From Paragordius varius (taxonomy: Eukaryota > Animalia > Nematomorpha): DNA of 64,000 nt. Location: the NCBI GenBank assembly GCA_964247055.1, contig OZ176052.1, positions 5,518,001 to 5,582,000 on the forward strand, written 5' to 3'. The notes beneath the pieces were generated by a model. It worked only from the letters and a program-made list of their open reading frames with translations, had not been told where the DNA came from and ran no database searches. Below, piece by piece: positions 51,672 to 64,000 of this stretch (within the stretch, counting starts at the first letter, position 1; every line of letters starts with the position of its first letter). The position numbers were made by a program, and so were the translations under genes.

Positions 51672-54600
51672 ATGGTAGTACACATGCGTGGTATAAATTC
51701 TGAACAAAACGGGATCAATGGTCACCATTACAAGGAAGTCCCTACTTATGAAATTACCAAAGATATTAAATCTCCACACAAAGAAAAGCAACATCATTAT
51801 GTTAAATTGGCATCATGCTGCCTCGGAATATTTTTTTGTTATTTATATTATGGAATAATCCAAGAAAAAATGTAATAATTTATTTAATTCTTTATAGCAC
51901 ACGAAGTCAATATGTATATAATGGCTTTATTGAAAAGTTTGAATACTCATTCAATCTTTTGCTTGTACAATGTATCGTTAACTCGTTATTTTCTAAAGGA
52001 GGTTACTAATTAACATTAGCTTTAAAATGATTTTAATGATCTTGACTAATGATATGGTTTTATCATGAATAATATAAATTTTTTAATCAAAACACACTTT
52101 ATAACCATGTATAAATGAATTTTATTGCCTAAATTAAAACAAATATTTTAAAAAACTGGATATATCTTTTTATTAATTAACAATTATTATGCATTATATC
52201 AAATAAAATTAAAGGCCTAAAATTTTTAAACATTCTAAATAGCATCAAACTAGATTTAAAGAAGTGTTAATATTCAAAAATTAGCTTATTTAGGTCCACA
52301 TTATTATGATAAATTTTGAATAAACTCCTTTACACGCAGTTTATTAGTTAATTGTTTGATAGATTTGAGCATATTAGAATTTTATGTGATAATATGAAAA
52401 AAAGCTAATACATCAACTCAATATTTGTCTACAAATGGTTAAAATCTTATTAAAAAGTGAAAATAGCTCAAGATTCACGAAATTTACGCAGTGATTTTTA
52501 ATTATAATTATATTGTTTTATATTTTATGCGATAATAAAATTTAACGATTTCAGTAAAATTGATTTAGACAAACATAAATTTTTGAAACTTTTAATTTGC
52601 ATTTTAATAGATTTTTAGTATATTTTGTTGGAATACTTTTTTCCTTTTTTATTAAAGAGTAAGGACTTAAATTGTATTCGGACATGTGAAGGCTTTAACA
52701 CTCCCTGCCCAGGGCTGACATTGATGATGGAAAAATTGCGTAATTTTGGGGTTCGAACTCTAGCACGCAGTGTAAGAGTCCGGCGCCTACTATTTATTTG
52801 TATTTTTTAACACTTTTTATGATATATAAGATTGAGCTAATTATTTAACATATATTGTAGTAATTTGGCAAATTTATATTTTAAATGAAGTCAAACACAT
52901 AAAATACTTCTTTCACCAATCAAATATTTTTTGCCAAAAATTTAGTTAACCAACTATATGATGTTTGCCATTCTAAATTTTGCTATATTAATTACCTAGA
53001 TTTAAAGAAACCGTTAATTTTGCTAAAATAAAAATATTTTACTGTTACAATCAATAATTCATCAGTACCAACAGATATACACATTTTTCTAATAATATGG
53101 TAGGATGGTTAGAGCATTAAATAATTTAATAGTCTCAATTTACTATTAATATGTATGAATCAGCCTAAGGGGGTATTAAAATTTTTCATGAGTCTAGTCT
53201 AACAATTTGTGTTCTTATTTATTTAAAGAATGTACTATTGATAGTTTTGATGTGGACTTCTGGTAAATCGGGTAAAGATGAAACTACCCCAACATGGTTA
53301 CTCTCATTATCATCGCTTTCATATATTGGTGCCATGTTGACTAGTAACAAAGCCCTACAATATGTTAACTATCCTGCTCAAGTTTTGTATTTCGATTATA
53401 TCTGTCTAATATATGACCATAAACTATTGTTCGTTATAGAAAGTAAAATGAAAAAATATAGGCAAATATTTAAATGATTAAAGTTAATTTTTTGTGGTTA
53501 AAATTTCGAAATATATCATGACATTAATGTGCCTTTTTCTATATATTCTGCGTATTAAACCAAACTTTTTAATTTTTAAGGTGCTAATGATAAATGGTTT
53601 AAATATTATATTTTATGTAAGTATTATATCTATAACTCGATGATCTGTTTAAATATTATTCATATCAAACTTTCAATCTATCTGATGCATCATCTGTAAA
53701 TGATTTTAAATATAATGCTTGTTTGCTATTTAAACTCTAAAGATAACAAATTTGACTAGTATATATAATATTCGAACAGTTAGTTTTAAGTAGCATATAT
53801 AAGTTAATTTTTTTATTGGAAATTTAAATATGTTACCCTTTTTCCTTAATATATTTATTTTTACAATTTTTATAGGTTCTCGGTAAATCAACCAAACCCA
53901 TTCCTGTCATGCTTTTGGGCGTATTGATAGCTCATAAACGATATCCCTTGCGAAAATATTTGTTTGTTTCACTCATAGTGATGGGCGTCACATTATTCCT
54001 TTACAAAAATACGATAACGAATAATTTTGATCAAAAATCTATGCGATTTGGCGAATTTTTATTGGTAAGTTAGATATAATATATATGATATCATTGTTTT
54101 CATTAATTATTATATCTTTAAAATTGAAAAAATAGGTAAAAGCCGATAACACTTAATTTATTTTCTAAATTTGTTAAAATTTTATTATGTTAGATGATCT
54201 CATTGTTGTTGGATGGTGTAACTGGGGCTTTGCAAGAGAGAATGCGTCATTTTCATATCAGACCGCATACCATGATGCTCTTTTTTAATCAATGGTCTAT
54301 GCTTTATATGGCGATTGGTATTATTTATATTTTGCATATAACTGTAACTTCTTTCACACTTAAATAAAATTGTGTTTTTGCTATTAATAGGGATTTTTAT
54401 TACCGGAGAAGGACCTAAATTTGTCGGGTTCGTTCATCGACATCCCCATGTCTTGTGGGATTTTTTTGTTTTCGGAATTACTAGTGCCCTTGGTCAGGTA
54501 AGAATAAATATATTTTATTTTATCTATATATTGTTTGTAATTGTCACCCTTGTGTTGCATCTTTCTAAATAAAATGAACATAAAATTATTAATGTTAAAT

Positions 54601-54947
54601 TTTTTTGTTAACTATTATGCTTCTCAGATACAGATAATTTATATTAATGAATCATTTTATTTGATTACCCAATTTCAACTTTTACATATATGCCTATGCC
54701 TTTTTATGCAACAAAAAAATAGCATTTCATATTTGTGACCGTTACCGATTTTGGACCTCTCACATGCTCAATCGTTACTACGACACGCAAATTTTTTACC
54801 ATTCTGGCTTCTGTCATGTTTTTTGGAAATTCACTTACCCCGAGACAATGGTGGGGCACATTGCTAGTTTTTGCAGGACTCTTTTTAGACACCTTTTTTG
54901 GAAAATCGGCGGCGGTTAAAAAACACGAACATGCTGTAAAATCATAA
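51672..54947 (+). CDS. SLC35B1: Nucleotide-sugar/ER ATP-ADP transporter family member SLC35B1
   Basis: [18 protein letters not shown]|ITR; [21 protein letters not shown]|[16 protein letters not shown]; [13 protein letters not shown]; FGITSALGQ; [22 protein letters not shown]...[12 protein letters not shown]. Confidence 0.95.
52699..52790 (-). mobile_element. Probable tRNA(Lys)-derived SINE, copy 1
   Basis: Minus strand GTAGGCGCCGGACTCTTACAC...GAGTTCGAACCCC: B-box plus a CTT-anticodon-like GACTCTTA, followed by a tail shared with 14959. Confidence 0.45.
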
Positions 54948-56987
54948 AACACATGAGCATTTTCAAAATAATTTATATTATAGTGCATACTGTATATAAA
55001 TTTATTTATTTATATTATTAGTGATTGACAATTAATTTTATTTGACATATTTGGGGTGTGTTTGACAATTTTTATTTACGATAGGCACATTATGTCAAAA
55101 TGTGATTTTTATTTACCACCCGTTTTAGATAGGATAATATATGGAATGCATTTTACAATGTTAAATATACCAACTAATTTTATAATAAATCTATAAAGAT
55201 TGTATTATATCCCATTTAATTTCATTTTAATTTTAGTGTAAATTTTTTGATTTTGATACTTATTGAATTGGACTCTATTTTAAGCGAAATAAGTGTATTG
55301 CTAAATTTACATTTAAACAAGGAAAAGACACTGACATTGTACTTTTGGAATAATATTGAGTTTTTTGAAAGAATGTTATTTTATGGATTGTAAAAATGAC
55401 CCGATCTATGTTCGGCGCATTCCCAAAAAATAAAAAATATTTCAATATCAAATCTGAATGAGCCTCTTTTTCCCGACTATTGTCTTGAAGACACGATATT
55501 TAATGGCTTGTAAATTTAAAAAAACCCTCTAGTTAAACAAAGTTGAGGGATTAATATAAGTGGTTTTTTTGTTCAGTGCATTTATTTAATAAAAAATTTT
55601 TTTGAATTTGGATGAGCATACTCGTTTTCCGGAATATTGATTCAAATCCAACGTTCTACCTTTTAAGTATATATTATAGGATCTAAAAAATTTTGCCTTA
55701 TTTGGTAGCTTTTAACGAATTATCAGTTTTTTAACTTTTAACCAATAAGTTGAAGTTATACGATGGCGACTGAATTGTAGGAGTCGAAGACTCAATCATA
55801 AAAGTTACTGAGTGATATTTTATTTTTAAAGTATTCCATATTTTTCAATACTAAAATCACATAATCCAACGATCGATTGTGGTTATATAATTATAAATAA
55901 AGTGCTAAATAAAAAATTTAATCTAACAAGTCTAAATTTGGTTTATTAATTAAATGCAATTAATTATTAAGTAAAATTTCAAAGTAGTCATCGCTTATTG
56001 TGAATCGTTTGTTTTGATTAAAAAGTTTTAAACAATTGTCCCAATATATTAGAAATATTTTGGTTAATGACTCATTTAATTTTATTTTTTTCTCGGATAT
56101 GGTTAGATTTTTGATGGCGAGAAAAGAGTTAGTCGCTAAGCTGTAAGCATCAACAATATCATTAACTCAACAAAATGACATTTTTTAGTAATAGATACAT
56201 ATCTTTATATAAATAAGTATGTGTAAGATAATCCCCAATTTGCGTCGATATCCAAAAATACCAAGAAACATTTTTATTATTTTATCAATTATATTTAAGA
56301 TAGATTACAAATACAGTTATATAAGGTTATTTTTAAAAAACCCTAAAAGAAAATTTCTCTTCAATGCCTATTTGTGGATTAACCAAATACTCAAATTATT
56401 TTTTTAAAAATTATTATCGAATCCCTAACACCAAAAATCTAATGAGATGTTCATGTTTAAAATAATAAACCCACATAAAGATTACAAATCACTCATCATT
56501 TCATCTGCTATAACAGTGTTACAATAAAATTTTATTATCATTTATTTTATTACCCTTAAAAGTAATAAAATCAACCCATAAAATTGAGTAAATATATATA
56601 TATGATGAATACCAAAAATATCTGAAAAAATATCTTTTTAAACAAACGGCAAGCAGTTAAAAAAATAGTAAAAATGATTAAAGACAGTTAATTGCTTTAT
56701 TTAAACATGTGTTATTTTGCGAATTGCGCAATTATTTAATCAATATTTGTACCAATTACTACACATAATAAATAATACAGGTAGTATAGTTGAAATGAAA
56801 AATAATGTAATGGTAAAAAAGCATAGGTGGGATATTTGCTCACAAATATTTGTTGTAATTTGTTTAAAAAAATCCAAATTAATTCTTACGTTTTGGTTTT
56901 CCTATTATCTAATAAATTTATTTTTTATATCCTTAAATATAATATTTACCGACCATGAATGATTTTTTCCGTTACGAACAATAATAT

Positions 56988-59900
56988 ATGATAAATCGTT
57001 ATATATTTACATTTTTATTACTAATTCTTATATGGAATCCATGTCTTATAAAAGCCTACAAAAGTGAGTATAACATTTTTTATTTTTAATCTAAAAATTA
57101 AATAGGTGATTGTTGCAGAAGAGTATTGGGATAAGTATATTTTTGTGCGAAAATATAATTAAGTCCCTAATGAATGAGCCCATATCATTTGTTGTAATTT
57201 ATTTTTATAAAAAAATATCTATATCAAAACCGGTCTCTATATGTTTAGTTTTGTTTTGTTGTTGTAAATATGATGTGATAATATAATTGCATGTGTGTTG
57301 TACAAACAAATTATGACTATGGACTGAACTAATTAGCGGTCATATCTGTTTTTTTTCCACTAATCTTTTAGTTAATATATACTGTTTTTAAATTAAGAGA
57401 TACTTTTTTACAGGTTTGGCATAAATAATTATTAGGCATATTTCCGACTAAAATACAATAAATATATACAAATAATTGAATTATGTTTAAATCAACTAAC
57501 ATTTTTGTTAATAGAAATTAACTGAAAATTAAACTGTAAATAAAATAAAATATAATTGATATGTGAAACCTTTTGTCAAAAGTAATATCAATATATTTAT
57601 CTTTAACAAAAAGGGCTCTCCTTAGTTATTAAATTAATTTCTGTGAAATCCCTAAGTAGCTCTAGGGAGAAATCTTAGATAACCCTTGTCTTCAGTTTAT
57701 TTTCAAATTTTTAGTGTAATTTCATAAATTTCAATTATGTTTTATTTAAAATTCGCATAACCGACTGCATTTATCCCAAAATTGCAAAAGGTGGATAAAT
57801 GTACGAAATTGATATGTGAAAACTCCATGTCAAATAGTTGTGTCGTACTGATGAGTGCTAACAAGCACGAAACTAGTTTGCGATTATTATTGAAGGGTAC
57901 CACATAACATTTATATCTGCAGTTAATTTTCTATTTATTTTTTTATAATTATTTCACGGATTTAACTATTGTTAATACATAAAAATTTCAATCTTTCATT
58001 TAACAATATTATATTATATATGTTTTATTTAGTCAATCACAAGGTGTTGGATGATTCCAAATGGAAAGATTTAACATTAAAAGGTACAATTCATATAAAA
58101 AAATTATATAAATATTTTTCATTTATCATGGACAATGTACGTACTTAACCATTAATTCAATGGATGAAAGGTCACCGAAATCCAAAAAACAGATTAAATG
58201 GCATTTGAAAATATTAACGGCCGATTGATATACATTTAAAATTACGCCATATTTTATAAAAAAATAAAGTATGAAATGACTCAAAAAACCTTTGAAAAAC
58301 GTATATGAATTAGTTTTTATTAATTATAACAAATTTATGGCCGTAAGATTGGAAGCTTATAATATACATAATAATTTGTATAAGAGTTTATATATTTGAT
58401 AATTACAATCGTATTTCGCTGCAATCCCTTCATTACCATCCTTGCCCATTTTATAATAATATGCCATGTGCAATTTTTAAAGAGGCGTAAAATGCGTTTA
58501 ATACAATTTTTACCAAAATTAATTGTTTTGATCATAAAACTTTCCATTAGATATTTGCGATCGAGATTGGCGCATACCTCGAAGGATAAAGCGTATTGTA
58601 AATGGTACTATCCCAAATTTTAATGACCATCCATTCATGGTAATTTTTATCGGATCATATATTTTTAAAAAAAATAATGGTAAAACTTAACTCCCTTTCT
58701 TCACAGTATGCTAGTTCAAAATTTTTTTAAAACTTCCAATCTTTAAATTTAAATTATTTAAAGGTTCTTCCTGCCTGAATTTTACCTAATATTAATCTCT
58801 ATTTAGATATCTAAAATTTTAGATATCATTTTTTGTTATAAAGTATTAATTGTCTAACACTTATGTTGTTATTAGGTCGGCTTAAGGAAAAAGAAAGAAG
58901 ATGTTATATTTTGCCACGGAGCCCTAATACATCCATTATTTGTGTTAACTGCTGCCCATTGCGTATATAAGTTTATTTTTACAGTATAATACTTTATTTA
59001 ATATCTGCAAATCTTATCTTATTCATTGAGGGTCGTTCTGGAGAAAGATTAACAAAATAATTATGTTTTAATGTAATTTAGACATAATATATAAAGGATG
59101 CATAAGCGCTTTGATTTTATTAATTTTTAGTACGCTGTTTAACACTCCATTACCTTTTGGGGTAGTTTTATATCCCAGAGCGATTCGAAGTTTGAATATT
59201 TTAAAAATTATTTAAGTTATATTAAGTCGAATTAAAAAATATGCTTTCTTTAACCATTTAGGTGCATTATACAAAAAAAATTTAAAAATGTAAAATTGTA
59301 AAATCCTTCGCCATTTTTTCCTATAAATTTCTTTAAAAATCGCCAAAGCTACAGGCAAATAAATGTATATTACAGTTAGGTATAAATAACTTTAAAAACT
59401 TAAACTACATTTTACCAACAAAAACTTGATATATTGTTTTAGCATCAGCTGTTTGTTTCAATCGTGTTTTAGAGCTGTCATTGGTAGACTTAAAAAAAAT
59501 TTTAAAAAATATAAGCATTTTTATCAATGCATGAGAACAATGTTGGATAATTATATTTTAAATAAAATACCCTTCAAAACTGTAGTTTTTTTTACAAAAT
59601 TGAGCTCTGTGATATAAAACTACCCCAAAAGATAAACTAGGATAAAAAATGGAAAAGGTAATGAAGTGTTAAAATAGATCTTTGGTAGGATGATCGTTTT
59701 GTCCATGACTAAATCTTATAAATATATTAAGAATATATCGTTTTATATTCATATTATAACTCAATGATAATGTCATTCATATGGCCAAAATTGTTAATTT
59801 TGAATGTGTTTTCTAGTTATTATGATTGGAAATCCATAGAACTCCTGATAGGATTCCATAATATTAGCCGTAAAACCAATTATCAACAAATACTTTCCCC

Positions 59901-62486
59901 TAAACACATTATAATACATGATGAATTCGATCGACCCGAACTATTTAATGATGTTGGTGCGTGAAATTATTTTTACATTACTATCCAAGATACATTTATT
60001 GCTCTTTCATTACAAAACCTTATATTATTTAATTATACAATCATTTTGCCTTATAATTAGTTTATGGATCAGACCCGCGGTTTTACACGGCTCCAAAGAT
60101 AATTTTTTTAATTTTTAAATAACGGACATAAATTATGTTGCCTTTATTCATGTTTATGATTGCGGCTATTATTAGTCATATGGTAGATCAAAAAAACAAG
60201 ATATGTTTTGATTAAAAAAATTTAAATAAAATTATAATCATTTGACCAAAAAGCTGGAACACCGCAACCGGAATAAATTGTTGAAAATTGTCAAACGCCG
60301 AATCATTTTACCTGAAATCGCCCTTTCTATAAAAAATAGACTTAAAAGCGGTTTCGGTCATTAGCTCCTATTTGGAGAAAATGGGAGAGAATTATTGTTT
60401 AAAAATTACCATTTCATTAAGGGTTTCCAAATGGACAACTAATATAAACAAAGTGCTTCTATGTAAGGAATAATATGTGAAAGCGTAATCTAACTAAAAA
60501 AATGTACAGAGAGATGCAAGAGGTTAAAATATTTAATTATCAATAGAAGTTAAAACTTAATTATCTATAATCTACTCTTGGTCTAAAAACATTAATTGGA
60601 TTTTAATCTCTAAATCATTCATTATTTGTTTTAGCTGTAATACATGTGATTGTAAAAAATAGCATAATTAATAATGTGCCTACTCCAATAAAGATATTAC
60701 AAAAACTAATCATACAGGATATCTATAAAAACAAGGACCTATATTTTAAAATATATTTTAAATTAAATTATAATTTAACTTCTTATCCGTGCAGTATTTT
60801 TTAATAAGTTTGCTTTCGATAAATTTTAACGCAGGGGTGTCCCTCTAGCGGTCCTCCAAGATGCTCGTGAAAAATTAGGAAAATTACAAACAATTACGAA
60901 ATTCCATAATTTTCATGAATATTAATTAATTTTTTTTGTAAATATGATATTACATTAAACAATTTCAAGTATTTCTAAATTTTGGCATTGAACTAACGAA
61001 ACTAGTTCGTATAAATAGTTATTATATTGTGTTTTTGTGAATTTTTTATTGTCTTACGTTAAAAATCTAATAAAGTATTTCTTAATGTCTGTATATCTTC
61101 AAATGGTTTCGCCCGAATTTTAGATAACAGCGACCTGAGAAGTCGTTTGTGTTGGGCACCCCTCTTTTAATGTATTGTTTTTATCTTATTAATATATATT
61201 TTCATATTATATAGCTTTAATCAAATTAAACCAAAGCGTAAAACCAACTATGAATATAAATTATGCGTGCTTGATCAATTCGAGCCATTCATGCAATGAG
61301 TATTATGGCAAAAAAGCATACGTATATGGATGGGGAAAACCTTATCAAACGACCGGTACATATATAATTTTTGGCTTATAGAATAAAAAGTAACCTTGAA
61401 AATTTTAGTTTTATGGAATTAATAATAAAGCAATGGCAAACAATCTTAATAATGAAGTAAAAAAATGATTGTATTTTTAAAATTGGTATAGGAATTATAT
61501 CCTCATACAGAATAACTCTTTGGCCGACATAATAGATTATTACTTTATTTAGACATTGTAATCGGGGGTCTGGTTAAGCTCTAAATTGTATCATTCTATT
61601 TAAATTTGTGACTAGTTTTTGAACTAACCGAATAAATAGTTGTCCTTCACATATTTTGTATTCCGCTTTATATACTTGGATTTGTTTGCATAATTGTAAT
61701 TGGATATTTATAATATCTTTGGTTAAAAGCCATTTTCTATTTATTAATGACTTTAAATTCTGGGTTATTCACCTAATTCATATTTTTTACCCATTATAAT
61801 TGTTAGTTATGGTAAAACCCATATATATTTAGAGCTGCGCAATCAAGAGGTGATTCATTATATACCCATGCCAATAATCAATAATTCTGAATGCCACAAG
61901 TTATATGAAAACGAAAATTTTGAACCGTACTACATTTGTGCCGGTTACTATAGAGGTGGAAAGGATAGTTGCGCAGTATCTAACTTATATATTAACTAAT
62001 TAACTCACAAAATTAAGTATTATCTATTTTTTTTGTAAAATTTATAAGTAAAAAATGTTATTTTGAGATCGTTAAAATCCATGAAATAAGATTATTAACG
62101 AAAATTAACTGATAATTAACTCAAAGGATAAAATTAAAGACTTGACTGTAAATACAGATATATATATATGCCCTGCGTCAATAGTAATCGCATTAGTTTT
62201 GCGCTTTTTACTCTTCTGTACGACACAACTATCTGGGGTAAATGAATTCTGAAAGAACTATAATCTTTTGTAACCATTTTTATATATTGTACAAATATTT
62301 TAGGGAGATTCTGGTGGACCCTTAATATACAAGGATGAAGAGAGCAGAGGAAATATTTATACACAAATCGCAATATCGTCATGGGGTTATAACTGTGCAG
62401 AAGCCAATAAGCCCGGAGTATACACGTGTGTTGCAAATTTCTTTCCATGGATAAATAAGCATATTAAAGCAGAGATTAAGGATTGA
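56988..62486 (+). CDS. Secreted trypsin-like serine protease (S1A)
   Basis: Signal peptide MINRYIFTFLLLILIWNPCLIKA; RIKR-IVNG; FCHGALI...LTAAHC (His); LFNDV|ALIKL (Asp); YGWG; ICAGY..GGKDSCA|GDSGGPL (Ser, with Asp at S1); SWGYNC...PGVYT; stop 62484-62486. Confidence 0.93.
59143..59668. mobile_element. piggyBac-like MITE family 2 (protease intron)
   Basis: TTAA|CACTCCATTACCTTTTGGGGTAG...AAAAGGTAATGAAGTG|TTAA. Confidence 0.85.
60832..61164. mobile_element. hAT-type MITE
   Basis: CAGGGGTGTCC...GGGCACCCCTC with an 8-bp TSD, ttttaacg / ttttaatg. A related right end lies at ~46615-46678. Confidence 0.75.
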
Positions 62487-62979
62487 AACAATGGAAAGAA
62501 TATTATTTTATTTTTGATATTTATTGGAAAGATTCGATAATAATAAAGGCAGAATGGAATATATTTTAATTATATTTTAAAATTTTGAGTTTATAGAAAG
62601 ATTACTGATTTCCTTTAAATTTTATATATTATTAAATATCTGGCAAATATACTAATAGTTTGCGTTATTGCTATAGGAAAGTATTTTCATGGAGCAGAGC
62701 AATGTAAAAGTATAAAAATAATTAATTTAAAGACACTTATACCTCACTTTGATTATTTCTATATAAGCTTTATTTATTTTTTTATCATAGTGTGTGTCAT
62801 CAATTTATATTTCTAATCCTTTATCTAAAAGGAATGTCACAATTAAAAAAATCAAGTTTTTTATAATATGAGTGAAAAAAGTTTTCTCTTTATATTTTTA
62901 CATTTTGTCTGTAAAATATCAATTTAATGTGTATCCACAATCATGTAAAGTAACCCTGTAATAAAACTAGGATATTTAA

Positions 62980-63505
62980 AACTTCATGTTTCATTTTTTT
63001 GTCCGCGCTGACCTATTGGTTTTCCTGGGCTTAATAATGTAAACTACTGCTTTAAAAGTAGTTTAGGTTAAAATTCAATTTTTTTAACATTGTCTCCTAT
63101 ATTCAATAAAAAAACCTTATATTTTTAACATGTTGTAGAGTCAATTGAGACAGCTCAATAACATGATTTAAATAAACAACTGATTTTAAAATTACTAAAT
63201 ATCAAGTTTTTGCTAATAAATGTTTTTCAAGCTTACTAAAGTTAATTATGCATTTTCTAACCATCTTATACATTTATTTGTTAATTGTATTGATTTGAAA
63301 AATTTGAAGGAAAAAATGGCGGCGTAAAAATCTGTGATTATAATTTTTGCAATATTACATTTTTTAAGAAATTTTTAAAGCATGTATGTGCCTTTAAGTG
63401 CTAAAGATAGCATATTTTTAAATTCGGCCTAATACCTTTATATTTTTAAGATTGTCAAATAAATCGCTCCAGGATATACAACTACCCCTAAAAGGTCATG
63501 AAGTG
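62980..63505. mobile_element. piggyBac-like MITE family 2 (diverged)
   Basis: TTAA|AACTTCATG...ACTACCCCTAAAAGGTCATGAAGTG|TTAA; interior colinear with the 25161 copy. Confidence 0.7.
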
Positions 63506-64000
63506 TTAAATAAGAAAAAAAGAAAAAAAAGTAGCGTTGAGAATTTAGTTCGGTTTCAAGTATTGGTATTATACTCCATAATAATGTTTTTAAAATAAAG
63601 AGCACCCATAAATTAATTCATTGCACTTTTTCGAATTGATATATAAGGCACTAATTTTTTTAGATTAACGGCGCACACCAAAAAATATGTTCTGAATCAT
63701 ATATCATTCGATTGCTAGCTTTAGAATAATAATAGACAAATTATAAATGCGGTTAAAATACCAAAAAAATGCTATAGTTTATCAACTAATAGCAAAAATA
63801 AAATCACACTTTTATCGCACATTATGCCAAATAAAACTTTCATTTGAGGAAATGCAAACTTATTTAATTTGTTAATATATATATACAATAAAAATAATTC
63901 CAAATCCAAAATAATATCGATAAAGATTTTACAATTTTTCGGATGGTTCTTAAAGACATACAAGAATGAAAGAAAAATTGAACTTTGCCATTACATTTAA

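Noticed and set aside
52740-52800. Functional tRNA gene
   Set aside because: B-box and anticodon-like loop are present, but no acceptor stem or paired D and anticodon stems; treated as a SINE head.
55450-55660. Diverged ~155-bp direct duplication (gatgagc...tattg)
   Set aside because: Low identity, two units only, no further structure.
63772-64000. Possible minus-strand TM-coding exon at the window edge (SLRTIRKIVKSLSILFWIWNYFY)
   Set aside because: Too short and truncated to support; needs the adjacent window.

Overview
Very AT-rich, intron-containing animal (invertebrate-like) genomic DNA; nothing prokaryotic or viral, no CRISPR or rRNA. Genes rebuilt by hand from GT-AG junctions and recalled family motifs: the 3' part of PRKCSH (+), an unassigned S/N/K-rich gene (-), a CUB-LDLa-TM receptor (+), an SLC22-like transporter (+), TRNT1 (-), SMIM12 (-), AIFM1 (+), EAPP (-), TMEM214 (+), an intronless class A GPCR (+), SLC35B1 (+) and a trypsin-like protease (+). 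Introns and intergenic DNA hold many non-autonomous DNA transposons: two TTAA-flanked piggyBac-like families, TA-flanked Tc1/mariner-like hairpins, >1 kb foldbacks, a Chapaev3-like insert, hAT MITEs, a mariner transposase relic and a probable tRNA-derived SINE. The best candidate for a new system is the locus at 23.8-24.2 kb. There the SMIM12 ORF overlaps the presequence-coding 5' end of TRNT1 on the same strand, its stop falls between TRNT1's two candidate start codons, and its ATG lies only 25 bp from the divergent AIFM1 ATG. Also notable: 25-33 nt introns coexist with kb-scale introns that are filled largely by self-complementary inserts. Gene names rest on recalled family sequences, not on database searches.
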